NCBI GenBank assembly: GCA_030617105.1
Contig: JAUWWC010000001.1
Location: 4,759-68,758 of the forward strand
Source of the DNA: Candidatus Nealsonbacteria bacterium
GTDB taxonomy: Bacteria > Patescibacteriota > Minisyncoccia > Minisyncoccales > GWA2-38-27
Direction: 5' to 3'
Length of the DNA: 64,000 nucleotides
The translations under genes were made by a program, and so were the position numbers. Within the stretch, counting starts at the first letter, position 1; each line of letters opens with the position of its first letter. This document shows, in pieces, positions 38,332 through 46,026 of this stretch. The notes beneath the pieces are model-generated. The model saw only the letters and a list, made by a program, of their open reading frames with translations, was not told where the DNA came from and did not search any database.

Positions 38332-38824
38332 TATATTTTCTATTATAACATCTGCAACATTTTTATTTTATCTAAAGATTGCTTTCATAATTATTGGCGC
38401 GCTTTTCTCGCTTGCTATTGTTTTTCTTCTTTCAAAAAACACTTGGTTTAAGCGCCGCTTTTTAGAGGATTGGACAGAATTCTTTATTTATCGTCCATTT
38501 GGAGTAAAGAAAACCTTTAAGCAATGGGCTAAAGTTTTGAAAAGATTGGATACTGGCAAAGAAGCAGATTATAAATTGGCTTTAATTGAGGCAGACAGTT
38601 TGCTTAATGATATTTTGAAGAAAATAGGATATAAGGGCAAGACAATGGCAGAGATGTTAGAGCAGCTTGATTCAAAAACTTTGCCTAATATAGAGCAGAT
38701 TTGGAAGACTCATAAAATACGTAATAATGTTGTTCATGACCCAGATTATAAGTTGAGTTTGGAGGATGCAAGAAAAGCGCTGGGAATCTACGAAAAAACC
38801 TTCAGGGATTTAGAGATGTTTTGA
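38324..38824 (+). CDS. Conserved hypothetical membrane-anchored protein
   Basis: N-terminal TM; A.IEAD..L, W..HK.RN..VH motif. Confidence 0.75.
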   Translation: MDNIFSIITSATFLFYLKIAFIIIGALFSLAIVFLLSKNTWFKRRFLEDWTEFFIYRPFGVKKTFKQWAKVLKRLDTGKEADYKLALIEADSLLNDILKKIGYKGKTMAEMLEQLDSKTLPNIEQIWKTHKIRNNVVHDPDYKLSLEDARKALGIYEKTFRDLEMF

Positions 38825-38833
38825 TTAAAAAGC

Positions 38834-38869
38834 AAAGCCTGGCTTATCGGTACCGATAAGCCAGGCTTT
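38834..38869. repeat. Perfect 36-bp palindrome (probable terminator or REP-like doublet)
   Basis: AAAGCCTGGCTTATCGGT|ACCGATAAGCCAGGCTTT. Confidence 0.85.
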
Positions 38870-38878
38870 TAGCTTTCC

Positions 38879-38907
38879 TTGATTTTTTTATAAAAATATA
38901 ATATAAT
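38879..38907 (+). promoter_or_regulatory. sigma70 promoter of the tRNA cluster
   Basis: TTGATT-17-TATAAT ending 5 nt before the tRNA 5' end. Confidence 0.7.
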
Positions 38908-38912
38908 GGGCC

Positions 38913-39172
38913 TGCGGGGTGGAGAAGTAGTATCTTGCGAGGCCCATAAACTTTTTGTGGCCCAGAGTAGTAATATTCTGCGGAAAAATTCTCTAAATTG
39001 CTGGAAAGCCCATAAGGGTAATCAGCAGCCAAGGTCGTCTAGGGCGACAAGGTTCAGAGACTATAATGGGAACTTCCTTTTTAAAAGGAAGATGGTATAG
39101 TCCGTTCCATCTAGAAATAGATGGCTAACATTAAAGAACCTCGAGACACAGGTGCAATTCCTGTCCCCGCGA
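38913..39172 (+). tRNA. Initiator-like tRNA-Met(CAU) split by an intron (exons 38913-38947 and 39137-39172)
   Basis: Joined exons fold into a cloverleaf: TGCGGGG/CCCCGCG acceptor, CGAGG-CCCAT^AA-CCTCG anticodon arm, ACAGG-TGCAATT-CCTGT T arm; weak 1:72 pair, A11:U24. Confidence 0.88.
38948..39136 (+). ncRNA. Group I self-splicing intron (189 nt)
   Basis: P AATTGCTGGAAA, Q AATCAGCAG, R TCAGAGACTATA, S TATAGTCC; U before the 5' splice site pairs with G in P1; terminal G; GNRA loops in P2 and P9. Confidence 0.93.
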
Positions 39173-39191
39173 CTAGTATTCTTTAGAATTT

Positions 39192-39977
39192 ATGAATTGG
39201 TCAATACAGGAAGAAAATAAACTTCGGGAACTTTATTTGAATACTTCACTTACTTTGAGTGAAATCGCCAAGAAGTTGGGACGAACTCCTCCAGCATTAA
39301 ATAATAGATTGGCCAAGATGAAAGTTAAAAGAAGGTTGACTCCAAATTCTAAACATCCTAAAAGAATAACCCCAGCTTTGGCAAGAATTCATGCTCATAT
39401 TTGTGGAGACGGATGCATTTATAGTTATCAAGCGAGAGATGATTATGGTTATTGGGCAAAATATCGAAAGAACACTATGCGTATTAGATATAATCTTAGT
39501 TATTGTAATACCAATAATGATCTTTTAAAAGAATTTAAAACAGATATTTATGAAGTGTTTGGGGTAAGAGGAAAGAAAATACATCAAAACGCAATTATTG
39601 TAGATTCAAAAAGGATTTGGGAATTTTTAAGAAATATGGGCGCGGGCGATTCGTTTAGTTGGTATATTCCAAAAGAAATTAGCAATGGTTCAAAAGAAGT
39701 AATGAAAAATTGGATTAGAGCATTTTTTGATGATGAAGCCTATTTTAATGATAGTGGTAGAATCAGAGTAAAATGTGTTAATAAACAAGGACTTAAACAA
39801 CTTACTAAAATGGTTAATAATTTTGTTCCTTGTAATCTTAGACCAAAGAGAGGTTCTTACTGGGGTAAAACTTTTTGTATAAGTATAAGCAAAAAAGACG
39901 CTCCAAAGTTTTTTTCGAAAATAGGATCAATTCGTTATAAGCCGGGGAGTAGAATGGTATCTAAGGCCGTCTCATAA
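39192..39977 (+). CDS. Free-standing two-motif LAGLIDADG homing endonuclease with N-terminal HTH
   Basis: LARIHAHICGDG and WIRAFFDDEA motifs; LSEIAKKLGRT HTH. Confidence 0.85.
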   Translation: MNWSIQEENKLRELYLNTSLTLSEIAKKLGRTPPALNNRLAKMKVKRRLTPNSKHPKRITPALARIHAHICGDGCIYSYQARDDYGYWAKYRKNTMRIRYNLSYCNTNNDLLKEFKTDIYEVFGVRGKKIHQNAIIVDSKRIWEFLRNMGAGDSFSWYIPKEISNGSKEVMKNWIRAFFDDEAYFNDSGRIRVKCVNKQGLKQLTKMVNNFVPCNLRPKRGSYWGKTFCISISKKDAPKFFSKIGSIRYKPGSRMVSKAVS

Positions 39978-40011
39978 GCGGTCAAAGTGGGTTCGATTCC
40001 CGCTCCCGGCA
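39941..40011 (+). tRNA. tRNA with CAU anticodon (elongator Met or Ile2)
   Basis: GCCGGGG/TCCCGGC acceptor, GCCGT-CTCATAA-GCGGT, GTGGG-TTCGATT-CCCGC. Confidence 0.8.
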
Positions 40012-40014
40012 CAT

Positions 40015-40088
40015 GCGGGTGTAGCTCAATTGGATAGAGCCCTGGATTGTCGATCCAGTGATTGCCGGTTCGAGTCCGGTCGCCCGCG
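40015..40088 (+). tRNA. tRNA-Asp(GUC)
   Basis: Canonical cloverleaf; CTGGA-TTGTCGA-TCCAG; G73 discriminator. Confidence 0.93.
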
Positions 40089-40095
40089 CATAGAT

Positions 40096-40587
40096 ATGCC
40101 ACTCACACCATTTCATTGGGGGCCAAGTTCTTGGATAGGACTAGCTCTATTTAAGATTTTAGATTTTCCAGCTCTGATGATGGCTAGTGTTGTAGTTGAT
40201 ATAGAACCCTTTTGTGTTCTTTTATTTAATTTGAATTATCCTCTTCATGGATTTTTTCATAGTGTTTTGGGTGGTTCAATATTGGCAATTTTAACAGCTG
40301 TAGTTTTATATTTTTTGCAAGGCAAGATTAAAAAAATAATGGCTGTTTTTAAATTAGCTCAGGACTCGTCATTTAAAAAAATCCTCGTCACCTCATTTTT
40401 CGGTGTTTATTTCCATATTCTTTTAGATTCATTTCTCTATAGCGAGATAAAGCCATTTTATCCTTTAGAAATTAATCCATTTTTAGGATTATTTTCTGTC
40501 TCCCAAATTTATCTTTTCTGCGCCCTCTCCTTCTTAGTTGGAATTCTGCTTTACTTGATTAAACTAGCAAGAAGTAAAAATAATTGA
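40096..40587 (+). CDS. Membrane-bound metal-dependent hydrolase-like protein
   Basis: MPLTPFH, DIEP, LHGFFHS, HILLD, PFYP; start moved past the tRNA. Confidence 0.75.
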   Translation: MPLTPFHWGPSSWIGLALFKILDFPALMMASVVVDIEPFCVLLFNLNYPLHGFFHSVLGGSILAILTAVVLYFLQGKIKKIMAVFKLAQDSSFKKILVTSFFGVYFHILLDSFLYSEIKPFYPLEINPFLGLFSVSQIYLFCALSFLVGILLYLIKLARSKNN

Positions 40588-40681
40588 CAAACAATTTAAA
40601 TATTGCTAAAAATAGTATTAGAATTTTGTTCTTTGAAAGTTGAATAAAGTATTAATGTTTAAAATTGAAAAGAGGTGAAAA
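40584..40681 (+). promoter_or_regulatory. Cassette leader, copy A of a duplicated leader
   Basis: TTGACA..TGCTAAAAAT; GTTCTTTGAAAGTTGAA; AGAGGTG SD; 39 nt identical to 40928-40966. Confidence 0.75.
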
Positions 40682-40894
40682 ATGGCGGAAAGACATGAAG
40701 GATTAAAACCAGAACAAATTGATAAGGTAGTAGATGATCGCATTGAAGGCGCAATTGAGAAGCTACAAGAACATGTGGCATCGAACCTGGGCAGCTATGA
40801 AAATTTCTTACAGACCGAATTATCTTGGATTGAGACAGAAAAAGAACGCCGAAAAATAAAAGCTAAACCAATGCCAGGTGCCGTTGAGCTATAA
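40682..40894 (+). CDS. Small hypothetical protein (accessory)
   Basis: SD, own promoter, terminator at 40880-40910. Confidence 0.7.
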   Translation: MAERHEGLKPEQIDKVVDDRIEGAIEKLQEHVASNLGSYENFLQTELSWIETEKERRKIKAKPMPGAVEL

Positions 40895-40910
40895 GTTCAG
40901 CGGCTTTTTT
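40880..40910 (+). terminator. Intrinsic terminator
   Basis: GCCGTTGAGCT-ATA-AGTTCAGCGGC plus T6. Confidence 0.8.
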
Positions 40911-40911
40911 G

Positions 40912-41004
40912 TTGACAAAAAGTTCATATATTGCTAAAAATAGTATTAGAATTTTGTTCTTTGAAAATTGAATAGTTAATGTTTAGAAAGAAAGGGAGAT
41001 TAAG
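40912..41004 (+). promoter_or_regulatory. Cassette leader, copy B, driving the pyr operon
   Basis: TTGACA..TGCTAAAAAT; GTTCTTTGAAAATTGAA; GAAAGGGAG. Confidence 0.75.
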
Positions 41005-41964
41005 ATGTATATAAGAATTGATCCGCACGTACATGGCAGAGATGATGAAGATGCATACAAAGAAACCATAGTTCATGTTTTTAGGGTTGCAAACGAGCAA
41101 GGTGTTACGGTGATTTTTGATATGCCCAATACATATCGGCCGGTTAAATCGGAAGCAGATGTTCTAAGAAGATTAAGTTTGGTTCCAAGAGAAGAGAAAG
41201 ATAATTACTTCTTATATCTCGGTTTAACAGCCAATGAAGATCAACTCGTAGAAGCTGTATCCGTTTATAACAAATATAAACAAGTTATTGGATTTAAACT
41301 CTATGCTGGCAAATCAGTAGGAAATTTATCTGTTACAGATCCAGAAAAACAGTTTGGGATTTACAAAGTTCTTACAGGTTTGAACTATACAGGAGTTTTA
41401 GCTGTTCATTGCGCAAGAAAGGATTTGCTAAAACTAGACCTTTGGGATCCTTCAAATCCAATTTCTCATTCATTCGCAAACCCGAAAGAAGCTGAGATAG
41501 AGGATGTAAAAGACCAGATAAGATCTGTTAAAAAAACAGGTTTTCAAGGCACTTTGCATATTGTTCATGTTTCGTGTCTGGGATCAGTGGAATTGATAAA
41601 TAGCGCAAGAGGGGATATTAAGATTACTTGCGGAGTAACGCCTCATCATATTATGTGGGATAACAGACAATTAAGTACACCTGATGGTTTGCTTTATAAA
41701 ATGGATCCTCCGTTAAGAAGCAGACCAGATGTATCAGATCTAATAGAGTGTTTAAAAGCAGGTCAAATAGACTGGATTGAAACAGATCATGCCCCGCATC
41801 CTATCAGCGAGAAGTTATACCCACCTTATCTTTCAGGATATCCTTCTCTGTGTCTTTACAAAGATTTTGTAGAGAACTTTTTACCAAGTATCGGTATAAG
41901 CGAAGAACAGATAAGAAAATTAACACATGACAATATTTGTAAAACCTTTGGTTTGAAGATTTGA
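41005..41964 (+). CDS. pyrC: Dihydroorotase
   Basis: IDPHVH.R, DMPNT, TPHH, PPLR, TDHAPH. Confidence 0.9.
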   Translation: MYIRIDPHVHGRDDEDAYKETIVHVFRVANEQGVTVIFDMPNTYRPVKSEADVLRRLSLVPREEKDNYFLYLGLTANEDQLVEAVSVYNKYKQVIGFKLYAGKSVGNLSVTDPEKQFGIYKVLTGLNYTGVLAVHCARKDLLKLDLWDPSNPISHSFANPKEAEIEDVKDQIRSVKKTGFQGTLHIVHVSCLGSVELINSARGDIKITCGVTPHHIMWDNRQLSTPDGLLYKMDPPLRSRPDVSDLIECLKAGQIDWIETDHAPHPISEKLYPPYLSGYPSLCLYKDFVENFLPSIGISEEQIRKLTHDNICKTFGLKI

Positions 41965-41981
41965 GAAAGGAGAAGATAGAT

Positions 41982-42848
41982 ATGATTGCACTTTCCAATG
42001 GACATAAGTTTGAATATATGGCAGCAAGTGGAGCTTTGGCTCTTGATGGAAAAGGATGGTTCCATGAACAACCGCTTCGTTGGGCCAAATTAATTGATCC
42101 ATCTCTGTTTACAGTAGTAGCTAAGACACTTACTTATAAGCGAAGAAAGGGGAATTACCGTTCCTTTTCGCCTTGGCGATGTATCCGTTTGATACCCGAC
42201 GGAGTAGTGAATGTTGTTGGGCTTACAAATCCAGGGATTGATTGGTTTTGTAGAAAAATTGGACCTACAATAGACTGTAAAAGAATCGCTTTAGTTGGTT
42301 CAATTCTTTCTGATAAGATAAATGAGCTTGTTGCGATGACAAAAATGCTCAATAAATTTGATTTAGTTGCCTTGGAATTGAATTGGTCATGTCCAAATAT
42401 TGAAGGAGATTTATTAGAGAATAGCCAGAAGGTGATAGAAGGGTGTAAGGCAGTAAAAAAAGTAAGTCGTTTTCCTTCAATTCTTAAACTTTTAGTAGTT
42501 CATGATATAAAATCAATTCTCCCTGAAGTTAAGGGAATTGTTGAAGCAATTTCGATAAACAGCGTTCCCTGGGCGGTTATTTTTCCAAACAAGAAAAGTC
42601 CTCTTGCTCATTTAGGAGGCGGAGGAGTTTCAGGAAAAATCGCCCAGCCCCATACCTGGGATTTTGTTAAGCGGCTTGTTGACAGTACAGATATTCCTGT
42701 TATTGGTCCAAGCGTCTGGGACTATAAGGATATACAGAAATTGAGAGATATTGGAGCAAAAGCAATAAGCTTTGGCTCAATCTTCCTTAGATATCCTTGG
42801 CGCCCTACACAGTTTGTTCGAAAAGATATGAAAAGAAACCAAAATTAA
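41982..42848 (+). CDS. pyrD: Dihydroorotate dehydrogenase (class 1-like)
   Basis: AASG, KT, GLTNPG, ELNWSCPN, GGVSG; SD before ATG 41982. Confidence 0.88.
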   Translation: MIALSNGHKFEYMAASGALALDGKGWFHEQPLRWAKLIDPSLFTVVAKTLTYKRRKGNYRSFSPWRCIRLIPDGVVNVVGLTNPGIDWFCRKIGPTIDCKRIALVGSILSDKINELVAMTKMLNKFDLVALELNWSCPNIEGDLLENSQKVIEGCKAVKKVSRFPSILKLLVVHDIKSILPEVKGIVEAISINSVPWAVIFPNKKSPLAHLGGGGVSGKIAQPHTWDFVKRLVDSTDIPVIGPSVWDYKDIQKLRDIGAKAISFGSIFLRYPWRPTQFVRKDMKRNQN

Positions 42849-42866
42849 ATTGAAAGGAAAAATGCT

Positions 42867-43625
42867 ATGAAGAAAGAATTAAAACCAGAAGAGCGGTTGA
42901 TAGTGGCTGCGGATTATTCTCCAAAAGACTACGGAGGCATCCAAGGCGTCAAAGAAAAGGTTATAACTTTAGCAGAGAGCTTGGAAGGACTCGGAGTTTA
43001 TATCAAAGTAAACTCAATTTTACGAGCACTTGGTTATGATCTGATTACAAAATTGCATGACCTCGGACTTAAGGTTTTTGCTGATCTTAAGCTTATCGAC
43101 ATTCCGAACACTATGAAAACTGACGGAGAATTGTTGGCTGAAGTAGCGCCAGAAATTCTTACAGTAATGTGTTGTGCTGGTATTGATGGCATGAACGCTG
43201 TTCAAAAAAATACAGGGACAGCAACCGAAGTTCTTGGAGTAACGGTTCTGACCAGTCTTAACGAAGAAGAATGCCAAGCAATTTTTACTTGTTCAACAAG
43301 AGCCGGAGTTCTCAGATTTGCCCGCATGGCACAATTGGCTGGACTTGGCGGTCTCATTCTTTCGCCAAAAGAAGTAGAAGTTGTAAGGGGTAGATTTGAG
43401 TTAATGCTTACACTTAATACGCCGGGCGTAAGGCCTGAATGGTTTATTGCTGATAGCGACGACCAAGTCAAAGCCAGAACATTAACCCCAAGGAAAGCTA
43501 TTCTGTATGGAGCAGAAAGAATAGTAATGGGAAGACCTATTGTGAAGGATCGAAATCCAAAGGAAGCAACGGAAAAAACCTTACAAGAAATTGAACAGGC
43601 ATTGGAAGAGAAAGGAGGTGATTAA
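42867..43625 (+). CDS. pyrF: Orotidine 5'-phosphate decarboxylase
   Basis: DLKLIDIPNT (DxKxxD), VTVLTS, PGVRP, GRPI. Confidence 0.95.
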   Translation: MKKELKPEERLIVAADYSPKDYGGIQGVKEKVITLAESLEGLGVYIKVNSILRALGYDLITKLHDLGLKVFADLKLIDIPNTMKTDGELLAEVAPEILTVMCCAGIDGMNAVQKNTGTATEVLGVTVLTSLNEEECQAIFTCSTRAGVLRFARMAQLAGLGGLILSPKEVEVVRGRFELMLTLNTPGVRPEWFIADSDDQVKARTLTPRKAILYGAERIVMGRPIVKDRNPKEATEKTLQEIEQALEEKGGD

Positions 43626-43627
43626 TT

Positions 43628-44341
43628 ATGTTGCCGACGCTTATTTATGATCCAAGACGTTACGATGATAAGATTTTGAGTGCAGAAGAAATTCTTAAAT
43701 GGTTTGATCTTTACGATGCAGTTTGGGTTTATGATTCTACTGATCCGAAAGCTCCTCATGCTGAATTGAGTGGAGGAAAATGCAGTAATGGTTTTTTTGA
43801 CTGCATGAGAGTACTTTGTAATCCAAAGCTTTGTGAGATTCTTGCGCTTCAACTTGTTAGAAAACTGAAAGAAGCTGGAATAGGAGAAGTTGACTGGGTT
43901 ATTGGTTCTCCTTATGCTGCTATTACTTTTTCTCATGAAGTAGCAAAAGGGTTTGGAGCTGTTCATGGATTTACTGAGAAAGATCCAATAGTAATTCCTA
44001 CTGATCCCAAAAGGAAAAGAATGCTTTGGCGAAGAATGCAAATTCCTAAAGATGCAATTGTTCTTCAGGCAGAAGAACTTATTACAACAAGCGGCACTTT
44101 TAAGGAAGTTCGTCGAGCAGTGGAACAAGGGAATTACGAACCAATTAAATGGTTGCCTGTTGTTGGGACGCTTGTGCATCGTCCTTCAAAGCTTCCAGTA
44201 GATTACAATGGAATAAACATAGTTTCTTTAATCGAAACAGAGGTTTGGGCGGTTGAGCAAAAAGATTGTCCATTATGTAAAATGGGCTCTCCTCGTTATC
44301 AAGCGAAAAGCAACTGGGAAAAATTAACAGGTAAGGCCTAA
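43628..44341 (+). CDS. pyrE: Orotate phosphoribosyltransferase
   Basis: LSGG..S..FFD, EELITTSGT PRPP loop, CPLC; operon context. Confidence 0.85.
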   Translation: MLPTLIYDPRRYDDKILSAEEILKWFDLYDAVWVYDSTDPKAPHAELSGGKCSNGFFDCMRVLCNPKLCEILALQLVRKLKEAGIGEVDWVIGSPYAAITFSHEVAKGFGAVHGFTEKDPIVIPTDPKRKRMLWRRMQIPKDAIVLQAEELITTSGTFKEVRRAVEQGNYEPIKWLPVVGTLVHRPSKLPVDYNGINIVSLIETEVWAVEQKDCPLCKMGSPRYQAKSNWEKLTGKA

Positions 44342-44366
44342 AAAAGCAAAAAATATACACAAACAC

Positions 44367-44400
44367 AGCCGTTGGATATAATATATCAACGGCTTTTTTT
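44367..44400 (+). terminator. Intrinsic terminator of the pyr operon
   Basis: AGCCGTTG..CAACGGCT plus T tract. Confidence 0.85.
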
Positions 44401-44408
44401 ATTGTTTT

Positions 44409-44455
44409 TTATCCACAATTTCTGCCTTGATTTTGAGGTGATTTTAAGGTAAAAT
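44409..44455 (+). promoter_or_regulatory. DnaA box and pheS promoter
   Basis: TTATCCACA (44409-44417); TTGATT-17-TAAAAT ending 6 nt before the ATG. Confidence 0.6.
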
Positions 44456-44461
44456 GGAGGA

Positions 44462-45223
44462 ATGAACAAGTCCTCTAAATTTGATGTTACAGTACCTGGT
44501 GAAAAATATGAGGTTGGTCATTTGCATCCTTTGACTTTGGTTAAGAGAAAGATTGAAGAGATTTTCCAAGCAATGGGTTTTTCTGTAATTGAGGGTCCTG
44601 AAATTGAAAATGAATGGTATAACTTTGATGCTTTAAATATTCCTAAAGAGCATCCAGCCCGTGACCTTTGGGATACATTTTATTTGAAAAATGGAAAACT
44701 TTTAAGAACTCATACAAGTCCAGTGCAGATTCGTTATATGGAAAAGCATCAACCGCCATTCAGGATTATTGTTCCTGGAAGGATTTTTAGGCATGAAGCA
44801 ACTGATGCCAGCCATGAGACTAATTTTTATCAGGTAGAGGGATTAATGGTTGGAAAGGATATTTCAGCAGCTAACTTTAAAGCAATTATTCAGGAGTTTT
44901 TTTCAAGATTTTTTGGAAAGAAAGTTAAGGCCCGCTTAAGGCCAAGCTTTTTTCCATTTACAGAGCCGAGTTTTGAAGTAGATATGACTTGTTTGGTTTG
45001 TCAGGGGAAAGGATGCAGTACTTGTTTAAGAACTGGATGGATAGAATTAATGGGAGCAGGAATGGTTCATCCAAATGTTTTAAAAGCAGGAGGTATAAAT
45101 CCTAAGAATTGGCAGGGATTTGCTTTTGGAATAGGAATGGATAGATTAGCAATGATGAAATATAAGATAAATGATATTAGATTATTTTATTCAGGAGATT
45201 TAAGGTTTCTTAAGCAGTTTTAA
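44462..45223 (+). CDS. pheS: Phenylalanine--tRNA ligase alpha subunit without the N-terminal coiled coil
   Basis: G.LHP, NFDALN, LRTHTS, FPFTEPS. Confidence 0.96.
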   Translation: MNKSSKFDVTVPGEKYEVGHLHPLTLVKRKIEEIFQAMGFSVIEGPEIENEWYNFDALNIPKEHPARDLWDTFYLKNGKLLRTHTSPVQIRYMEKHQPPFRIIVPGRIFRHEATDASHETNFYQVEGLMVGKDISAANFKAIIQEFFSRFFGKKVKARLRPSFFPFTEPSFEVDMTCLVCQGKGCSTCLRTGWIELMGAGMVHPNVLKAGGINPKNWQGFAFGIGMDRLAMMKYKINDIRLFYSGDLRFLKQF

Positions 45224-45226
45224 ATT

Positions 45227-45988
45227 GTGAAAAATAGACAAAAATCTTTTACAATAATTGAACTTTTGCTAGTAATAGCTATTATTGGAGTTTTGGCAAG
45301 TCTTGTTTTTGTATCTATCAAAGGAGTTATGGAAATAGCCGGAATTGCTGGAGGTATTCAATTTGGCAGTAGTGTTTATCATGGTTTAGGAGCTTATGCA
45401 GTAGGAATTTGGGATTTTGATGAGGAAGCATTTCCAGTTAAAGATAGAAGTGGTAATGGAAATGATGGTAATTGTACGAGTTGTCCTGATTTTACAACCG
45501 AGACCCCAAATAAGAAAGGTTATGCCCTAGAATTCAATGGAAGCGATGATTGTATTGAAATACCTGATTCAGATACTTTAGATGGTATGGATGTTATAAC
45601 AATTGAGCTTTGGATAAAACCGTATGAAAAAGAAACAAAACAAAAATATGTTTTCAAAGAGCATTGTTATGAGTTTTTTTACGAGGCATCAAAGAACCAT
45701 TTAGAATTTAAAGTACATCATGATAACAAGAGCTCTATGGCACGCGCTGATGTTAGTATCAATATTGAAGAATGGCATCATTTAGTCGCAATTTACAATG
45801 GCTCAGAAATTAAAATATTTTTAGATGCCAAGCAGCTTTCTTTAGACAAACATGATATAAAAGGGGGAGCTGTAAAGGATAGTGATAAAACACTATATTT
45901 AGGTTGCAAAAAAAAGAAAGAATATTATAAAGGCATTATGGATAATGTTAAAATATATGAAAAAACCTTTAAGCTTAGCCCAGATTGA
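45227..45988 (+). CDS. Type IV prepilin-like protein with LamG domain
   Basis: SFTIIELLLVIAIIG prepilin helix; W.FDE..D.SGNGN, WHHLV..Y, G..DNV.IY. Confidence 0.85.
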   Translation: MKNRQKSFTIIELLLVIAIIGVLASLVFVSIKGVMEIAGIAGGIQFGSSVYHGLGAYAVGIWDFDEEAFPVKDRSGNGNDGNCTSCPDFTTETPNKKGYALEFNGSDDCIEIPDSDTLDGMDVITIELWIKPYEKETKQKYVFKEHCYEFFYEASKNHLEFKVHHDNKSSMARADVSINIEEWHHLVAIYNGSEIKIFLDAKQLSLDKHDIKGGAVKDSDKTLYLGCKKKKEYYKGIMDNVKIYEKTFKLSPD

Positions 45989-46026
45989 AAAACTTTATGC
46001 CAAAGGAATAAAAAATAGAAGATTTT

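Noticed and set aside
38844-39100. ORFs 38844-39032(-) and 38906-39100(+)
   Set aside because: They overlap the tRNA and group I intron and are spurious.
40030-40095. N-terminal extension of ORF 40030-40587
   Set aside because: It lies within tRNA-Asp; the likely start is ATG 40096.
40912-41004. PyrR-type attenuator before pyrC
   Set aside because: No terminator/antiterminator or PyrR-binding loop visible; the leader is a copy of the neighbouring cassette leader.
44400-44462. T-box riboswitch before pheS, and GGAGGA as an SD
   Set aside because: The promoter abuts the start codon, leaving no room for a leader; GGAGGA touches the ATG and is probably upstream of the TSS.
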